Shown here: positions 12,257 to 23,250 of the stretch, piece by piece
Numbering within the stretch: the stretch's first letter is position 1
How the letters are laid out: every line of letters starts with the position of its first letter
NCBI GenBank assembly: GCA_002269645.1
Contig: NIVC01001693.1
Span: 62,001 to 126,000 of the forward strand
DNA: 64,000 nucleotides
From: Macrostomum lignano
Lineage: Eukaryota
Reading direction: 5' to 3'
Program-made: the position numbers and the translations under genes
The notes under the pieces: generated by a model
Database searches by the model: none
What the model was told of the DNA's origin: nothing
What the model saw: only the letters and a program-made list of their open reading frames with translations

Positions 12257-13247
12257 GTGCTTATCCCTATAGTCTTATACTAATAATTCTAATTTTATCC
12301 ACATAGATAATCTATATTGATAATTTCTAGCTTATCCCCATAGCAGCTTATTGAAATATCTGCTACCATTCAAGTCTAGGCCATGTTGATAATTCCAATT
12401 TTATTCATATAGTGTCAATAATTTTTAGCTTATTCCCATGCATACATGCGCAACCCCCTGATTTACACTGGCCATGCGACTTACTTTTCAACAAAAAATG
12501 CGACTTACCTGTAAAAAAACCTTAACGCAATTTTGGGTAAACGGCAGAGTAACTATGACTGTCTTATTAGGGCTAAATGCCTTGTCATCTAATTAGTACT
12601 CTGTTTATATTCTTTAGGTTGGGCATTTTTGCGACTTACCCCTGGTCCACCACAATTTATGGTGGCTAGATTGGCCAGGTCGGCCAGCAGTTGCGCATGT
12701 ATGTTCCCATGGTAGATTGGAATAGAGAATCTTAAAATGAATCTATTAAAAAACTGTCTATTTGTTTTCATTGTTTTACAAATATTCCAATTCAAATAAA
12801 CTACTAAATATTGAATAGTATTGAGTACTTTGTTAAAACCTTTTCATTGTTAAAAGGGTTAATTTTAAATATTCACTTAGCTGCTAGCTTTTCTTAGAAT
12901 GACCAAATGACCCTAAGATTGAGGCAAATGAGACTTGAAAAATTCAAAATTTAATATGTAATGATAATTATTAATAATACTAATAATAATGACAATATTG
13001 ATTTAATGTCAGTATATAAAAAATACAAACAACTGCACAATCTTAACCATGGGGATAAGCTGAAAATTATCGACACAGATCCATCCATATAGATAGTATT
13101 GGAATTATTGACATGGCCTATAGACTTGAATGGTGGCAGCTATTTCAGTAAGCTGCCATGGGGATAAGCTGGAAATTATCAACATGGATCTGTGTGGATA
13201 AAATTGAAATTATTGGTATTACAGTACAGGACCATGGGGATAAGCAC
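12257..13247. mobile_element. Old foldback/MITE with ~190-bp inverted arms (12257-12440 and 13047-13247) built from CTTATCCCCATGG subrepeats
   Basis: Hand alignment of the left arm with the reverse complement of the right arm. Confidence 0.8.
12441..12703. mobile_element. 263-bp hAT-type MITE
   Basis: Perfect 14-bp TIR CATACATGCGCAAC. 8-bp TSD TTCCCATG (12433-12440, 12704-12711). Internal GCGACTTAC motif occurs three times. Confidence 0.92.
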
Positions 13248-13609
13248 TTTAATAAATAATTGCCATTGGCCATCATAATACTGTATCAAGTTATTGTGTT
13301 TAAGCCTGAGTGCTAATGCTACACAAATTGCCTCTATTGTTATTCCTCTTTGTCATATGATTCTCATTAAAAAATATAGATAAGATAGAAAGAAAAAGAC
13401 TTTATTACTTTATCAGAAGCTGAATGTAATTTAGAGGATTGAATGTTAGGCTAAGTAAACATACAATCTAGAATTTTTATCTGTATACTTTTGCACATCT
13501 TTTTCAGCTACTAATCTAGAACATCATTATGGAAAAGTTTTGTAAAACGGAACAAGAAATATGAAAGGTTCTAAAGTGCAATTTTAGTGCTAGAATTGCT
13601 AAGATCGTT

Positions 13610-13990
13610 TTTTGCCTGCCTGCGTGTTTGACTAACGGTCACGAGCCCGCCGCCCGCGCCACGACATCTTTTTTACTTTTTTCTACTATTTAAATTGTAT
13701 TTAACGTTTTGGCAATTGAAATTACTCTTTCTTGACCTTTATTTTTTTAATTTCTTCGGAAAGGACTTGTAAACAAAAAGTTTATTTCAGGCTAGTATGA
13801 CAATTTAATAAAGCAGGTTAGTTATTATCAAATAAATATTTGAATAAGGTGTTTTTTAAGGTCCTTGCAACGTTTAGCGCACGCCGCGGCCGCGCACGCT
13901 GGACTGGCAGTAGCGCTCGCGTCGCGATCCGCATGTGCAGTGCACGTGCAATCAGTTTTTTAATCATCGGCATGTGGCCGTCTGAGATGC
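13610..13990. promoter_or_regulatory. CpG-rich island, candidate divergent promoter for the left gene (-) and the TSR2 cluster (+)
   Basis: Dense CpG (e.g. GCGCACGCCGCGGCCGCGCACG) in an otherwise nearly CpG-free AT-rich domain between two divergent genes. Promoter function is inferred. Confidence 0.45.
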
Positions 13991-14376
13991 TGAATTCTGA
14001 TATTTATCCTAGCGATCTTATGACAGATCTCATTTTGCTCCTATGACAGAATTTTTGTTAAATGTTTAACTGTGCCTCGACTCAAGTCAGAATAGTGGGG
14101 CTGTTTAATTGCTGTTTATAAAGTATTTTTAATATTGGCTGTTGTGTTTGTCTGTTGAGTGTTGATTGAACAAATAACAACTGCCATTTTAATGTAATTT
14201 TAACTTGATAAGTAGGGCCTACATTCACCTTGTTGGAGTACAGAGGCCTATTGACATTGTTATAGAATTGCAATGAATTAATTTTAAACGAGATGAGACA
14301 AGCAAAAAGACCAATTATATATTTCTAGGCAACTAGCCAGTTGTCTAGTTTGTTTGATTTTGGGCTTGTCTTCTAT

Positions 14377-14740
14377 CAGGGTTTTTTTGTGCGCAAATTG
14401 TGCATATGCACCCTAAATTTTAAAATTGCACCCTGAAATTAAAAAAGTAGGTGCGGTTTAGGTGCAGTCTTATAACCATTTTTCTTTAAAGGCTTAACCA
14501 TGCTTAAGCTATTTTTCATGCACTGCCTTAAAATATAAAACAAAATAACTCTTTAAATCCTATTAAGTCATATAGGCAATATAGCCTATGGCTATAGCAT
14601 TATGTAAGATATACATTCCTAGTTGTCTCGTCTGAAACAAGACTCAAGAGAAATTGCACTCTGGGCCTTAAAATCGCACCTTGAAATTTGGCACAAGGTG
14701 TGATTTCACACCTTGTCTCGGGCGAAAAAAAACCCAGTAG
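14377..14740. mobile_element. Degenerate hAT-like MITE (CAGGGTTTTTTT ... AAAAAAAACCCAG)
   Basis: Imperfect TIRs, repeated GCACC/GGTGC subterminal motifs and a near-duplication (T/A)CTTCTAT in the flanks. Confidence 0.5.
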
Positions 14741-14959
14741 ACTTCTATCATGGGCAAAGATAGGTCTTATTTATTTTATGCCCTAGGCCCCCCTAGCAAA
14801 CAAGAATTATATGCACATTCATATTTTGGCAACAATTTCAGTTTGGTTATTAACTAGCTAGGCTATAGTCTTATAGACTTAAACCTTTCTTAGGAAATTC
14901 AAATTGTAAAAATTGAATGACCTTTTACTAGAAATTTTTGGTGTATATATAAGTAAGAA

Positions 14960-15320
14960 AAATTTTAAGTCCCTAGAATTTAGGATTCAAATATTAATAT
15001 CTAGATTGCCAATGCTATTTCTGGGGACTAAAAGTAAGGACTAAAGTTAAAGTTGTTTTTACTTTCAAAGGGGAGCTCTTAAGTCCCTAGGATAGGGGAT
15101 TAGATGGGGTTAGAGTATTGGAGGCTAAATTAAGGATGAATATTTTCACTTTCAATATGAGGGCAAAGGGAGCCTTTTAAGTTCTTAGAATTGGAGACTT
15201 AAGCAATAGACAAAAATGTTTGACACTATACGCATATTGAGGTTAGAATAAGGAAGGGGTTAAAGTTAAGATATGTTTTCACTTTCAATACAAAGGCAGC
15301 TATTAAGTCCTCTAATTACT
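14960..15320. repeat. Old degenerate tandem repeat, period ~110-120 bp
   Basis: Recurring TTTT(C)ACTTTCAA..AAAGG..GC..TTAAGTCC motif, three to four times. Confidence 0.55.
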
Positions 15321-16254
15321 TAATTACTAAATTAGTTAAACAATATCAGAAAAAAAGAGAAAAGGGAAAGAGGAAAAGAAAGAAAGTAGTAAAAAAGGAA
15401 AAGAAAAGATAAGAAAAGAGTAGGAAGAGAAGAGAGGGTAGGAAAGGAGAAAGGAAAAAGGATGTAGAAAAAAGAGAGGAAAGAAGAGAATTTTTGCCCT
15501 TGGCCTCAATTGCATAGTCTTTGTAACTTGAGTAGCAGCACTTTGTATAGCAGCTCAGGGCAGTGGGCATATAACTAGATGATGTGGCCAGCCAATCAAA
15601 GTCATTGCCCACATAGCAAGTCAGAAGGCTATATCAGGCACACCCTTGTATAGAGTATAGTATTGGTCTTGCTATCTAGACTGATAAATATTTCAAATAT
15701 TGCATGTAGCATAGCCACATATGTAGCATCTAGCTATCTCTCCAAGGTATCTATCAGGGTCCAGGTCTCTATTATACAATAGTTATGGAAATTTTACTAG
15801 CTATAGATATAGAATATATTGTAGATAGCAGTCTTCCCACTAGCTGCGGAATTTCTGCAGTTAGGAAATTTTAAGTAGACCTGCGGAAAATCAAGGGGAT
15901 TTTTGTACTCTGTGGAAATTTTTCATTTCTGAATTTGCTCTCATGTTATACCCCAATTTTTCAGTGCTGCATTATTATTCATGTTCATAATGATAATAAA
16001 AATATATAGGGATAACATAATGTGAAACTTTTGCCAATCAGTTGTTAGGCTTTAGCTTTATCTTTGCACAATTCACCCTCCTAGCTCTCTTCTAGCCTCA
16101 CTCCAGCAGACTGCAGTCCAGTAGACATCGATGACAATTATTCCTTATATTTTTGTTTTAATTTCAGAAAACTAGATCACCGTCAGTCAGTCAACGATGA
16201 TTAGACAGTGATCAGATGACCCTCAGTCATCTGATCACTGTCACCTTTATTGTA

Positions 16255-16400
16255 TCCCTGCCCTTCCTGTCTTCTCCCTGTCCTTTCCCTTCCTGTCCTC
16301 TCCCTTCCTGTTCCTCTCCCTTCCTGTTCCTCTCCCTTCCTGTTCCTCTCCCTTCCTGTTCCTCTCCCTTCCTGTCCCTCTCCCTTCCTTTCCTGTCCCT
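16255..16400. repeat. CT-rich short tandem repeat (~16-bp CCTGTTCCTCTCCCTT)
   Basis: Direct observation. Confidence 0.85.
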
Positions 16401-16895
16401 GTGCTTTCCCCGTACAAAGATTTCTGAGCATACAGAATGGAATTTGCTTATCCATCCACTTGCACACTTGTGGCTTGCATGCAAGCTGCAAGCTGCATCA
16501 GTTGTGGCTAGATGTAGTTTTAGCTCAAAACTGGCTTAGGGGGTCATCTGAACCAGCGCAAAACAGCCTTGGGTAGGGCGCAAAACAGTCTTATGAACCT
16601 AAAAAGTAGTAAAAATTTATTTGTCTAGCTTCATTTTTAGGGCTTGCATTGGTTAAGACATATTTTTCTATCTTGCGGAATTTCTCTTAAGCTGCAAAAG
16701 AAAAATGGGCAAAGTGGCATGGCAAAACTGAGATAGGCTATGGGAAATTTTCTAAATATAACTACAGCTATAGATACTAGAAAAATTTGGTTATAGCAGA
16801 ACTCTAATAATATAGTTAAAGGATATACTCATTGCATCATATACTCATTATAGCTGGATAGCAGACTGTGTAGGCCTAGTCTTTCAAGGCTACTT

Positions 16896-17363
16896 GCAAC
16901 AAGACATTTTGGCAACAGTCACTTTGGCAACAATGTTAGGCCATTTTAGCAATTTTTTCAAATATACCTATTTAACAAAATAAAGATGCAGCTGCTGCTT
17001 GCTAACTTTGTATATTACAATTAGTAATTAAAGCAGTAAATTAAATTAGTAAATTAAATCAATAAGTTTCTAACTGTTGCAACAAAGTTTTTCAATGAAG
17101 TACATGACTGACTTATTTTCATTTTACTATTATGGTAAAAATATTATCCTTGCGACCTTATTTAAAGTTCATTTTACCTTCAAAATAAATGAATTACAAA
17201 TATAGATTGCTTGCCAAATCAAGACATTCATAAATTTATATTGCAGGCCTTTTGCCAAAATGTCTCCTTCTTTTGTCATTGATATGACAATTACTGTTGC
17301 CAAAAAATTAATTTGTCCCAAAATTGTTGCCACAAAGTGTCCATTGCCAAAATGTCTTGTTGC
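16896..17363. mobile_element. MITE-like element with GCAACAAGACATTTTGGCAA inverted ends
   Basis: The start at 16896 matches the reverse complement of ~17320-17363. Repeated GGCAAC/GTTGCC motifs. TSD not resolved. Confidence 0.55.
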
Positions 17364-17994
17364 CTAAGACTCTGGCTAATGTAATGATTCTTTAAACTTA
17401 TTTAATTTGATTTGATGTTAATTCAATGTTAATTTATATATACATGATTCTATTACTTAAAATTGCTCTATAAGTTATCTCATATGTACTGTGAGCTGGT
17501 AAAAAAATATTTCATTTGCATAATTTGTCATTTGACCTGCTATATTTGAATATGCTCTATGGAATTTGCACCAAGGCATAATAGTAGACAATCTAGTGCT
17601 AATTTCTCTATTAAAAGCATTTATTTGAAGGCAATTTGCCAAAATGACTTAAAATGCTAAAATTGTTGTTAGAATGTCTTGTTGCAACATATCCTTTCGT
17701 TAAAGTGACTAATAGCCTACTAAAAGGTCTATATATAGATACCAATTTGATTTTATGACAATTATTTTTAGTCAAGGTTTGAATAAGAAAGTTTAAATAG
17801 GTTTAACTATATATACATAATACATTTAGTCTCTATACTTAACAGCCAAATACAGCCTTCAGATATGCCACTCAATAGCTGCAGCTAAGCTCTTGGTTGC
17901 ACATCTGCCCATTAGAGCAGGTGTAATCAATTATTATTATTATTATCAGGTACAGTAAATCAAGCTAAACGCTCACTATTATTTCTTCTTCAAG

Positions 17995-18483
17995 GCCTCA
18001 TCTTCATCAGCCTCCAAACAGGCAGTTAGCCAGGCAGAATTTCTGCCAGTTGTCCATCGCGTATTTGCTCCTTGGACAGCTGTCAGACTCTTAGTGGAAC
18101 ACCAGGCTGGCGGGCCAGACACACAGGCTAAGGTGGACTGGATGCAGCAGGCGGTGTGCCATTGGATGCTGGAGAACAGCGCCCTGGCACCAGACGAACT
18201 AGCCGAAGTGCTTGAACAGTACATTGACGAGCTGTTTAGCAGTGTATTTGACGATGGCAGTTGCTACGAGGTTGCCCGCCTACTATGCGACCTGTTAGAG
18301 AGGCTGAGACGAGGCGAGACTGCATTCGTTGAAGCCGCCCTGACTCGCCTGGCCAGAGGCGTCAGCCTGCAGGCCTGCGTCAGCGCGCCCAGTAGTCAGC
18401 AGGATGACGATGATGCCGACGACGGGGACGGCGCTGGCGATGACAGCGGAGATGAGCAAGACTATGGCGGGGTGCACGCTTGA
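17995..18483 (+). CDS. TSR2: Pre-rRNA-processing protein TSR2 homolog (single coding exon; initiator ATG not found locally)
   Basis: FLPVVHRVFAPWTAVRLLVEHQAGGPDTQAKVDWM...DELFSSVFDDGSCYEVA matches the TSR2 WGG-domain pattern, followed by an acidic tail. Acceptor TTTCTTCTTCAAG ends at 17994. AATAAA at 18787. Confidence 0.88.
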   Translation, partial: ASSSSASKQAVSQAEFLPVVHRVFAPWTAVRLLVEHQAGGPDTQAKVDWMQQAVCHWMLENSALAPDELAEVLEQYIDELFSSVFDDGSCYEVARLLCDLLERLRRGETAFVEAALTRLARGVSLQACVSAPSSQQDDDDADDGDGAGDDSGDEQDYGGVHA

Positions 18484-18510
18484 TTGGGGTTAGCTGGGCA
18501 GAGTTAGTAA

Positions 18511-18704
18511 CGAGGGCTGTCAGAAAAGTTCTGCTTATTGGTGTGTATCGCCGTCTGTTTAGATCTCAAAAGGACTCGCCAGATCTTAGTCCTTGCGACT
18601 GTTTTAATGGAGAAAAGTTAGTGATAGATTCTGGAGGGTATCGTTTTAACATAACTACTTTGTACTTTACAGACCAATAAGCAGAAATTTTCTGACAGCC
18701 CTTG
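18511..18704 (+). mobile_element. ~194-bp deleted mariner/MITE in the TSR2 3' UTR
   Basis: 32-bp TIRs CGAGGGCTGTCAGAAAAGTTCTGCTTATTGGT with 2 mismatches and TA at the right flank. The interior encodes SPDLSPCD, the mariner YSPDL motif. Confidence 0.85.
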
Positions 18705-19065
18705 TATAGTGACGTCCCTACACTAGTTTTGACTATTGTTCGCTTTGCTGAATTGTATATTTTATATTACTGTTTTATTGATGTACAATAAAGCGCTGTC
18801 GTATTTTATCTTTGAAAGGCGGATTGTTGCTGTTTTAGTATTGAGTTTATTCCATTCTTCATTTAATTTAGAATCTGAATAGTTGCTTTTCGAATTTCTA
18901 GATAAGCATGTCTAAGTTTTGTAGTCTCCCAGATTCTTAGTTGTTGGGTGCCCTGCTACCTGGGCAAGTCCTCAGACTTACTGACCCGATCCCAGTTGTG
19001 GTGGAAAAATCATTCGAAACGGCATCAAAAAGCAAGATGCAGCAAATAAGTAAAGAGCAGTATTA

Positions 19066-20661
19066 GACAGTAAAGAAACAGCATTAGGCTGTAAAGAAGC
19101 AGCATTAGACAGTAAAGAAGCAGCATTAGGCTGTAAAGAAGCAGCATTAGGCTGTAAAGAAACAGCATTAGGCTGTAAAGAAGCAGCATTAGGCTGTAAA
19201 GAAGCAGCATTAGGCTGTAAAGAAGCAGCATTAGGCTGTAAAGAAACAACATTAAACAGTAAAGAAACAGCATTAGGCTGTAAATAAACAGCATTAGACA
19301 GTAAAGAAGCAGCATTAGGCTGTAAACAAACAGCATTAGACAGTAAACAAACAGCATTAGGCTGTAAAGAAACAGCATTAAACAGTAAAGAAGCAGCATT
19401 AGGCTGTAAAGAAACAGCATTAAACAGTAAAGAAACAGCATTAGACTGTAAAGAAGCAGCGTTAACTGTAGATAAACAGCATTAGACAGTAAACAAACAG
19501 CATTAGACAGTAAACAAACAGCATTAGACAGTAAACAAACAGCATTAGACAGTAAACAAACAGCATTAGACAGTAAACAAACAGCATTAGACAGTAAACA
19601 AACAGCATTAGACAGTAAACAAACAGCATTAGGCTGTAAAGAAACAGCATTAGACAGTAAAGAAACAGCATTAGGCTGTAAACAAACAGCATTAGACAGT
19701 AAAGAAGCAGCATTAGGCTGTAAATAAACAGCATTAGACAGTAAAGAAGCAGCATTAGGCTGTAAATAAACAGCATTAGACAGTAAAGAAGCAGCATTTG
19801 GCTGTAAACAAACAGCATTAGACAGTAAACAAACAGCATTAGGCTGTAAACAAACAGCATTAGACAGTAAAGAAGCAGCATTAGGCTGTAAACACACAGC
19901 ATTAGACAGTAAAGAAGCAGCATTAGGCTGTAAACAAACAGCATTAGACAGTAAAGAAGCAGCATTAGGCTGTAAACAAACAGCATTAGACAGTAAAGAA
20001 GCAGCATTAGGCTGTAAATAAACAGCATTAGACAGTAAAGAAGCAGCATTAGGCTGTAAATAAACAGCATTAGACAGTAAAGAAGCAGCATTTGGCTGTA
20101 AACAAACAGCATTAGACAGTAAACAAACAGCATTAGGCTGTAAACAAACAGCATTAGACAGTAAAGAAGCAGCATTAGGCTGTAAACAAACAGCATTAGA
20201 CAGTAAAGAAGCAGCATTAGGCTGCAAACAAACAGCATTAGACAGTAAAGTAGCAGCATTAGGCTGTAAACAAACAGCATTAGACAGTAAAGAAGCAGCA
20301 TTAGGCTGTAAACAAACAGCATTAGACAGTAAACAAACAGCATTAGGCTGTAAAGAAGCAGTATTAGACTGTAAAGAAGCAGCGTTAACTGTAAATAAAC
20401 AGCATTAGACAGTAAACAAACAGCATTAGACAGTAAAGAAGCAGCATTAGGCTGTAAACAAACAGCATTAGACAGTAAACAAACAGCATTAGGCTGTAAA
20501 GAAGCAGTATTAGACTGTAAACAAACAGCATTAGACAGTAAAGAAGCAGCATTAGGCTGTAAACAAACAGCATTAGACAGTAAACAAACAGCATTAGGCT
20601 GTAAAGAAGCAGTATTAGACTGTAAACAAACAGCATTAGACAGTAAACAAACAGCATTAGA
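19066..20661. repeat. 21-bp minisatellite (GTAAAGAAGCAGCATTAGGCT / GTAAACAAACAGCATTAGACA)
   Basis: Direct observation; two alternating unit types. Confidence 0.96.
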
Positions 20662-20709
20662 CGGCTAGAAGCCCTCATTTGCTCTCCGCTGCCTCAACCG
20701 CTGGCGTCA

Positions 20710-23053
20710 GTGCCGCACCTACACCGGCGCCTGTGCCAGGCCGTGCTGACCCGCGGCAGCCGTTGGCTCAGTGGCTGCTGCACCCCTAGCAGCGTTGAGC
20801 ACCGGCCAGCCAAGAATCCTGACGCTCCCAAATCCGCGCCGTTCTTCGAACCGCAGATCGATTGGGAAAGCCTGTCAGATCCCGTCCGTGCGGCGGCCGC
20901 GCGCCAAAATGCGCGCCAACGCGGCGCCGATCCCGATTTAGTTGACGCGGCGCTGCGTTTACGCACCGAGTCGTCGGACGGCGCCGCGGCGGTGGCGGCA
21001 GCGGCCCGCTTGCCGAACTGGACTCACCCGGACTCGCCCGTTGGCGGCGAGGCCAACAGCCGGCTGGTTCGCCTGATTGGCACAGCGCCATCGACTGAGG
21101 AGCGGCGCGGCTTTGACGCGCGCACTCTGTTGCAGAATCTGAGATTGTTGGCGTCCAGAAATCTGTCCTTGCTGACTGGCCAACGGACTCACTATTTTAG
21201 AGGCCAGTTAGCACAGCTAGAAACTGCGTTGATTGGACTAGCGCTGGATGTTGCTCGGGAGTTCGGCTTTCAGCAGGTAGTCATTTTTAATTATTTGTTT
21301 TTATTTATGCGTTTGATTTCTTTTTAAATTTTATAATCGCATTCTAGAATTTCCCAATCACGAGCTTCTAGAATTTCTCAATCACGAGCTTCTAGAATTT
21401 CTCAATCACGAGCTTCTAGAATCCCCCGATAATCCCGAGCTTCTAGAATCCCCCGATAATCCCAAGTTTCTAGAATCCCCCGATAATCCCAAGCTTCTAG
21501 AATCCCCCAATAATCCCAAGTTTCTAGAATCCCCCGATAATCCCAAGCTTCTAGAATCCCCCGATAATCCCAAGTTTCTAGAATCCCCCAATAATCCCAA
21601 GTTTCTAGAATCCCCCAATAATCCCAAGTTTCTAGAATCCCCCGATAATCCCAAGTTTCTAGAATCCCCCAATAATCCCAAGTTTCTAGAATCCCCGATA
21701 ATCCCAAGCTTCTAGAATCCCCCGATAATCCCAAGTTTCTAGAATCCCCCAATAATCCCAAGTTTCTAGAATCCCCCAATAATCCCAAGTTTCTAGAATC
21801 CCCCGATAATCCCAAGTTTCTAGAATCCCCCAATAATCCCAAGTTTCTAGAATCCCCCGATAATCCCAAGCTTCTAGAATCCCCCGATAATCCCAAGCTT
21901 CTAGAATCCCCCAATAATCCCAAGTTTCTAGAATCCCCCAATAATCCCAAGCTTCTAGAATCCATGCTAAATAGAATCGCCAAGAAAAGATTTAAACGAA
22001 ATTAGTCTAAAATTGCTTTCTTAAAAATGCTTATTTGAGTAAGCATTTCGCTACTTGCTACTTGTATTTTTGAAAGTAGTATCGCTAGTATATTTCTACG
22101 GGATACAATATTTACATCGCTTTTACCAGATTGGCGTGCCCGAACTGGTCCCGCCGGAGCTGGTTGACGCGTGCGGCTTTGCGACTCAAGGTACCAGGTC
22201 GCAGGTATTTTTAACTGGCTCCATGGCACTGATTGGCACGGCTGAGATAGCTCTGGCCGGTTACCTGGCTGGCCGCGTCTACCGTATTGACCAGCTGCCT
22301 GTGCGCCTCTGCGCCGTGTCACGCTGCTACAGACGGGAGATCTCTAAAGTTGAGGACGCCATGTACCGCGTGCCGCAGTTTACTAAGGTATGAGATTAGC
22401 GGATTAATCATGTTGCGCAGTCTACTACTACTGCTACTACTACTACTTTTACTACTACTACTACTACTACTACTACTACAAGCTACAACTATCTACCGAG
22501 AAAATGAAGCTCAGCGTACTAGTTTACACCTCCAAAAAACGGCTTCACCCCCCTTTCCGCCCAGGTGGAGCTGTTCAGCCTGACCTCGCCGGCGGACAGC
22601 GAGTCCGAGCACCAGCGCCTGCTGTCAGTGCAGGAGGCCATACTGAACCAGCTGGGCCTGCACTGCCGCCTATTAGACATGGCCACCGAAGAGTTGGGCA
22701 ATCCGGCTTATCGCAAATTCGATTGGGAAGCCTGGCTACCATCCGAGGCCAGGTTTGGCGAAGTCTGCAGCGCTTCCAACTGTACGGATTATCAGAGCCG
22801 CAGGCTGGGCATTGGATTAGCTGGTACTAATCTAGGCGGATTTCCGCACACTCTCAATGGCACGGCTTGTGCAATTACTCGAACTATTAAAGCTCTGGTA
22901 GAGACTCATCAATGCTCAGATGGCGGCAGTGTAGCCCTACCGCCGGCACTGGCGCCCTATATGGCTCCATTTACTAACGAGTTGACCATGCTGAAACGGC
23001 CACCAATGAAGTCGATGTATTTTGCTAGACTGAAACGGCAGCCTATGCTGTGA
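20710..23053 (+). CDS. SARS2: Mitochondrial seryl-tRNA synthetase. Exons <=20710-21276, 22130-22387, 22565-23053; possible 5' micro-exon 19037-19049
   Basis: LPNWTHPDSPVG, GTAEIALAGY, SRCYRRE, YRVPQFTKVELF, TEELGNPAYRKFDWEAWLP, GEVCSASNCTDYQSRRL, HTLNGTACAITR. Arg-rich N-terminus resembles a transit peptide. Phase-0 GT-AG introns. Start codon unresolved. Confidence 0.92.
21345..21963. repeat. 27-bp minisatellite (TTCTAGAATCCCCCGATAATCCCAAGT) in a SARS2 intron
   Basis: Direct observation. Confidence 0.96.
22417..22481. repeat. (CTA)n microsatellite in a SARS2 intron
   Basis: Direct observation. Confidence 0.95.
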
Positions 23054-23250
23054 ATTGCTTGTTTGGCATTTTGAACTTGAAACTGTGTCAGTTTATAGTT
23101 TTTATTTATTTGCCATGTGCTGCTATGCTTGATGCGTTAGATGATAAAATTATATTATATTGTGTTTGTATGAGTCTTCAAGTTTATTCAACTTGCTTTT
23201 TAATTTTGCTAACTCATTTAGCTTAGTTTATTGATTTGTTGAGGCGAATA

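Noticed and set aside
22130-23053. Catalytically dead SLIMP-like paralog
   Set aside because: TAE, motif-2 Arg/Glu/Phe, KVE and motif-3 NGT...R are all retained.
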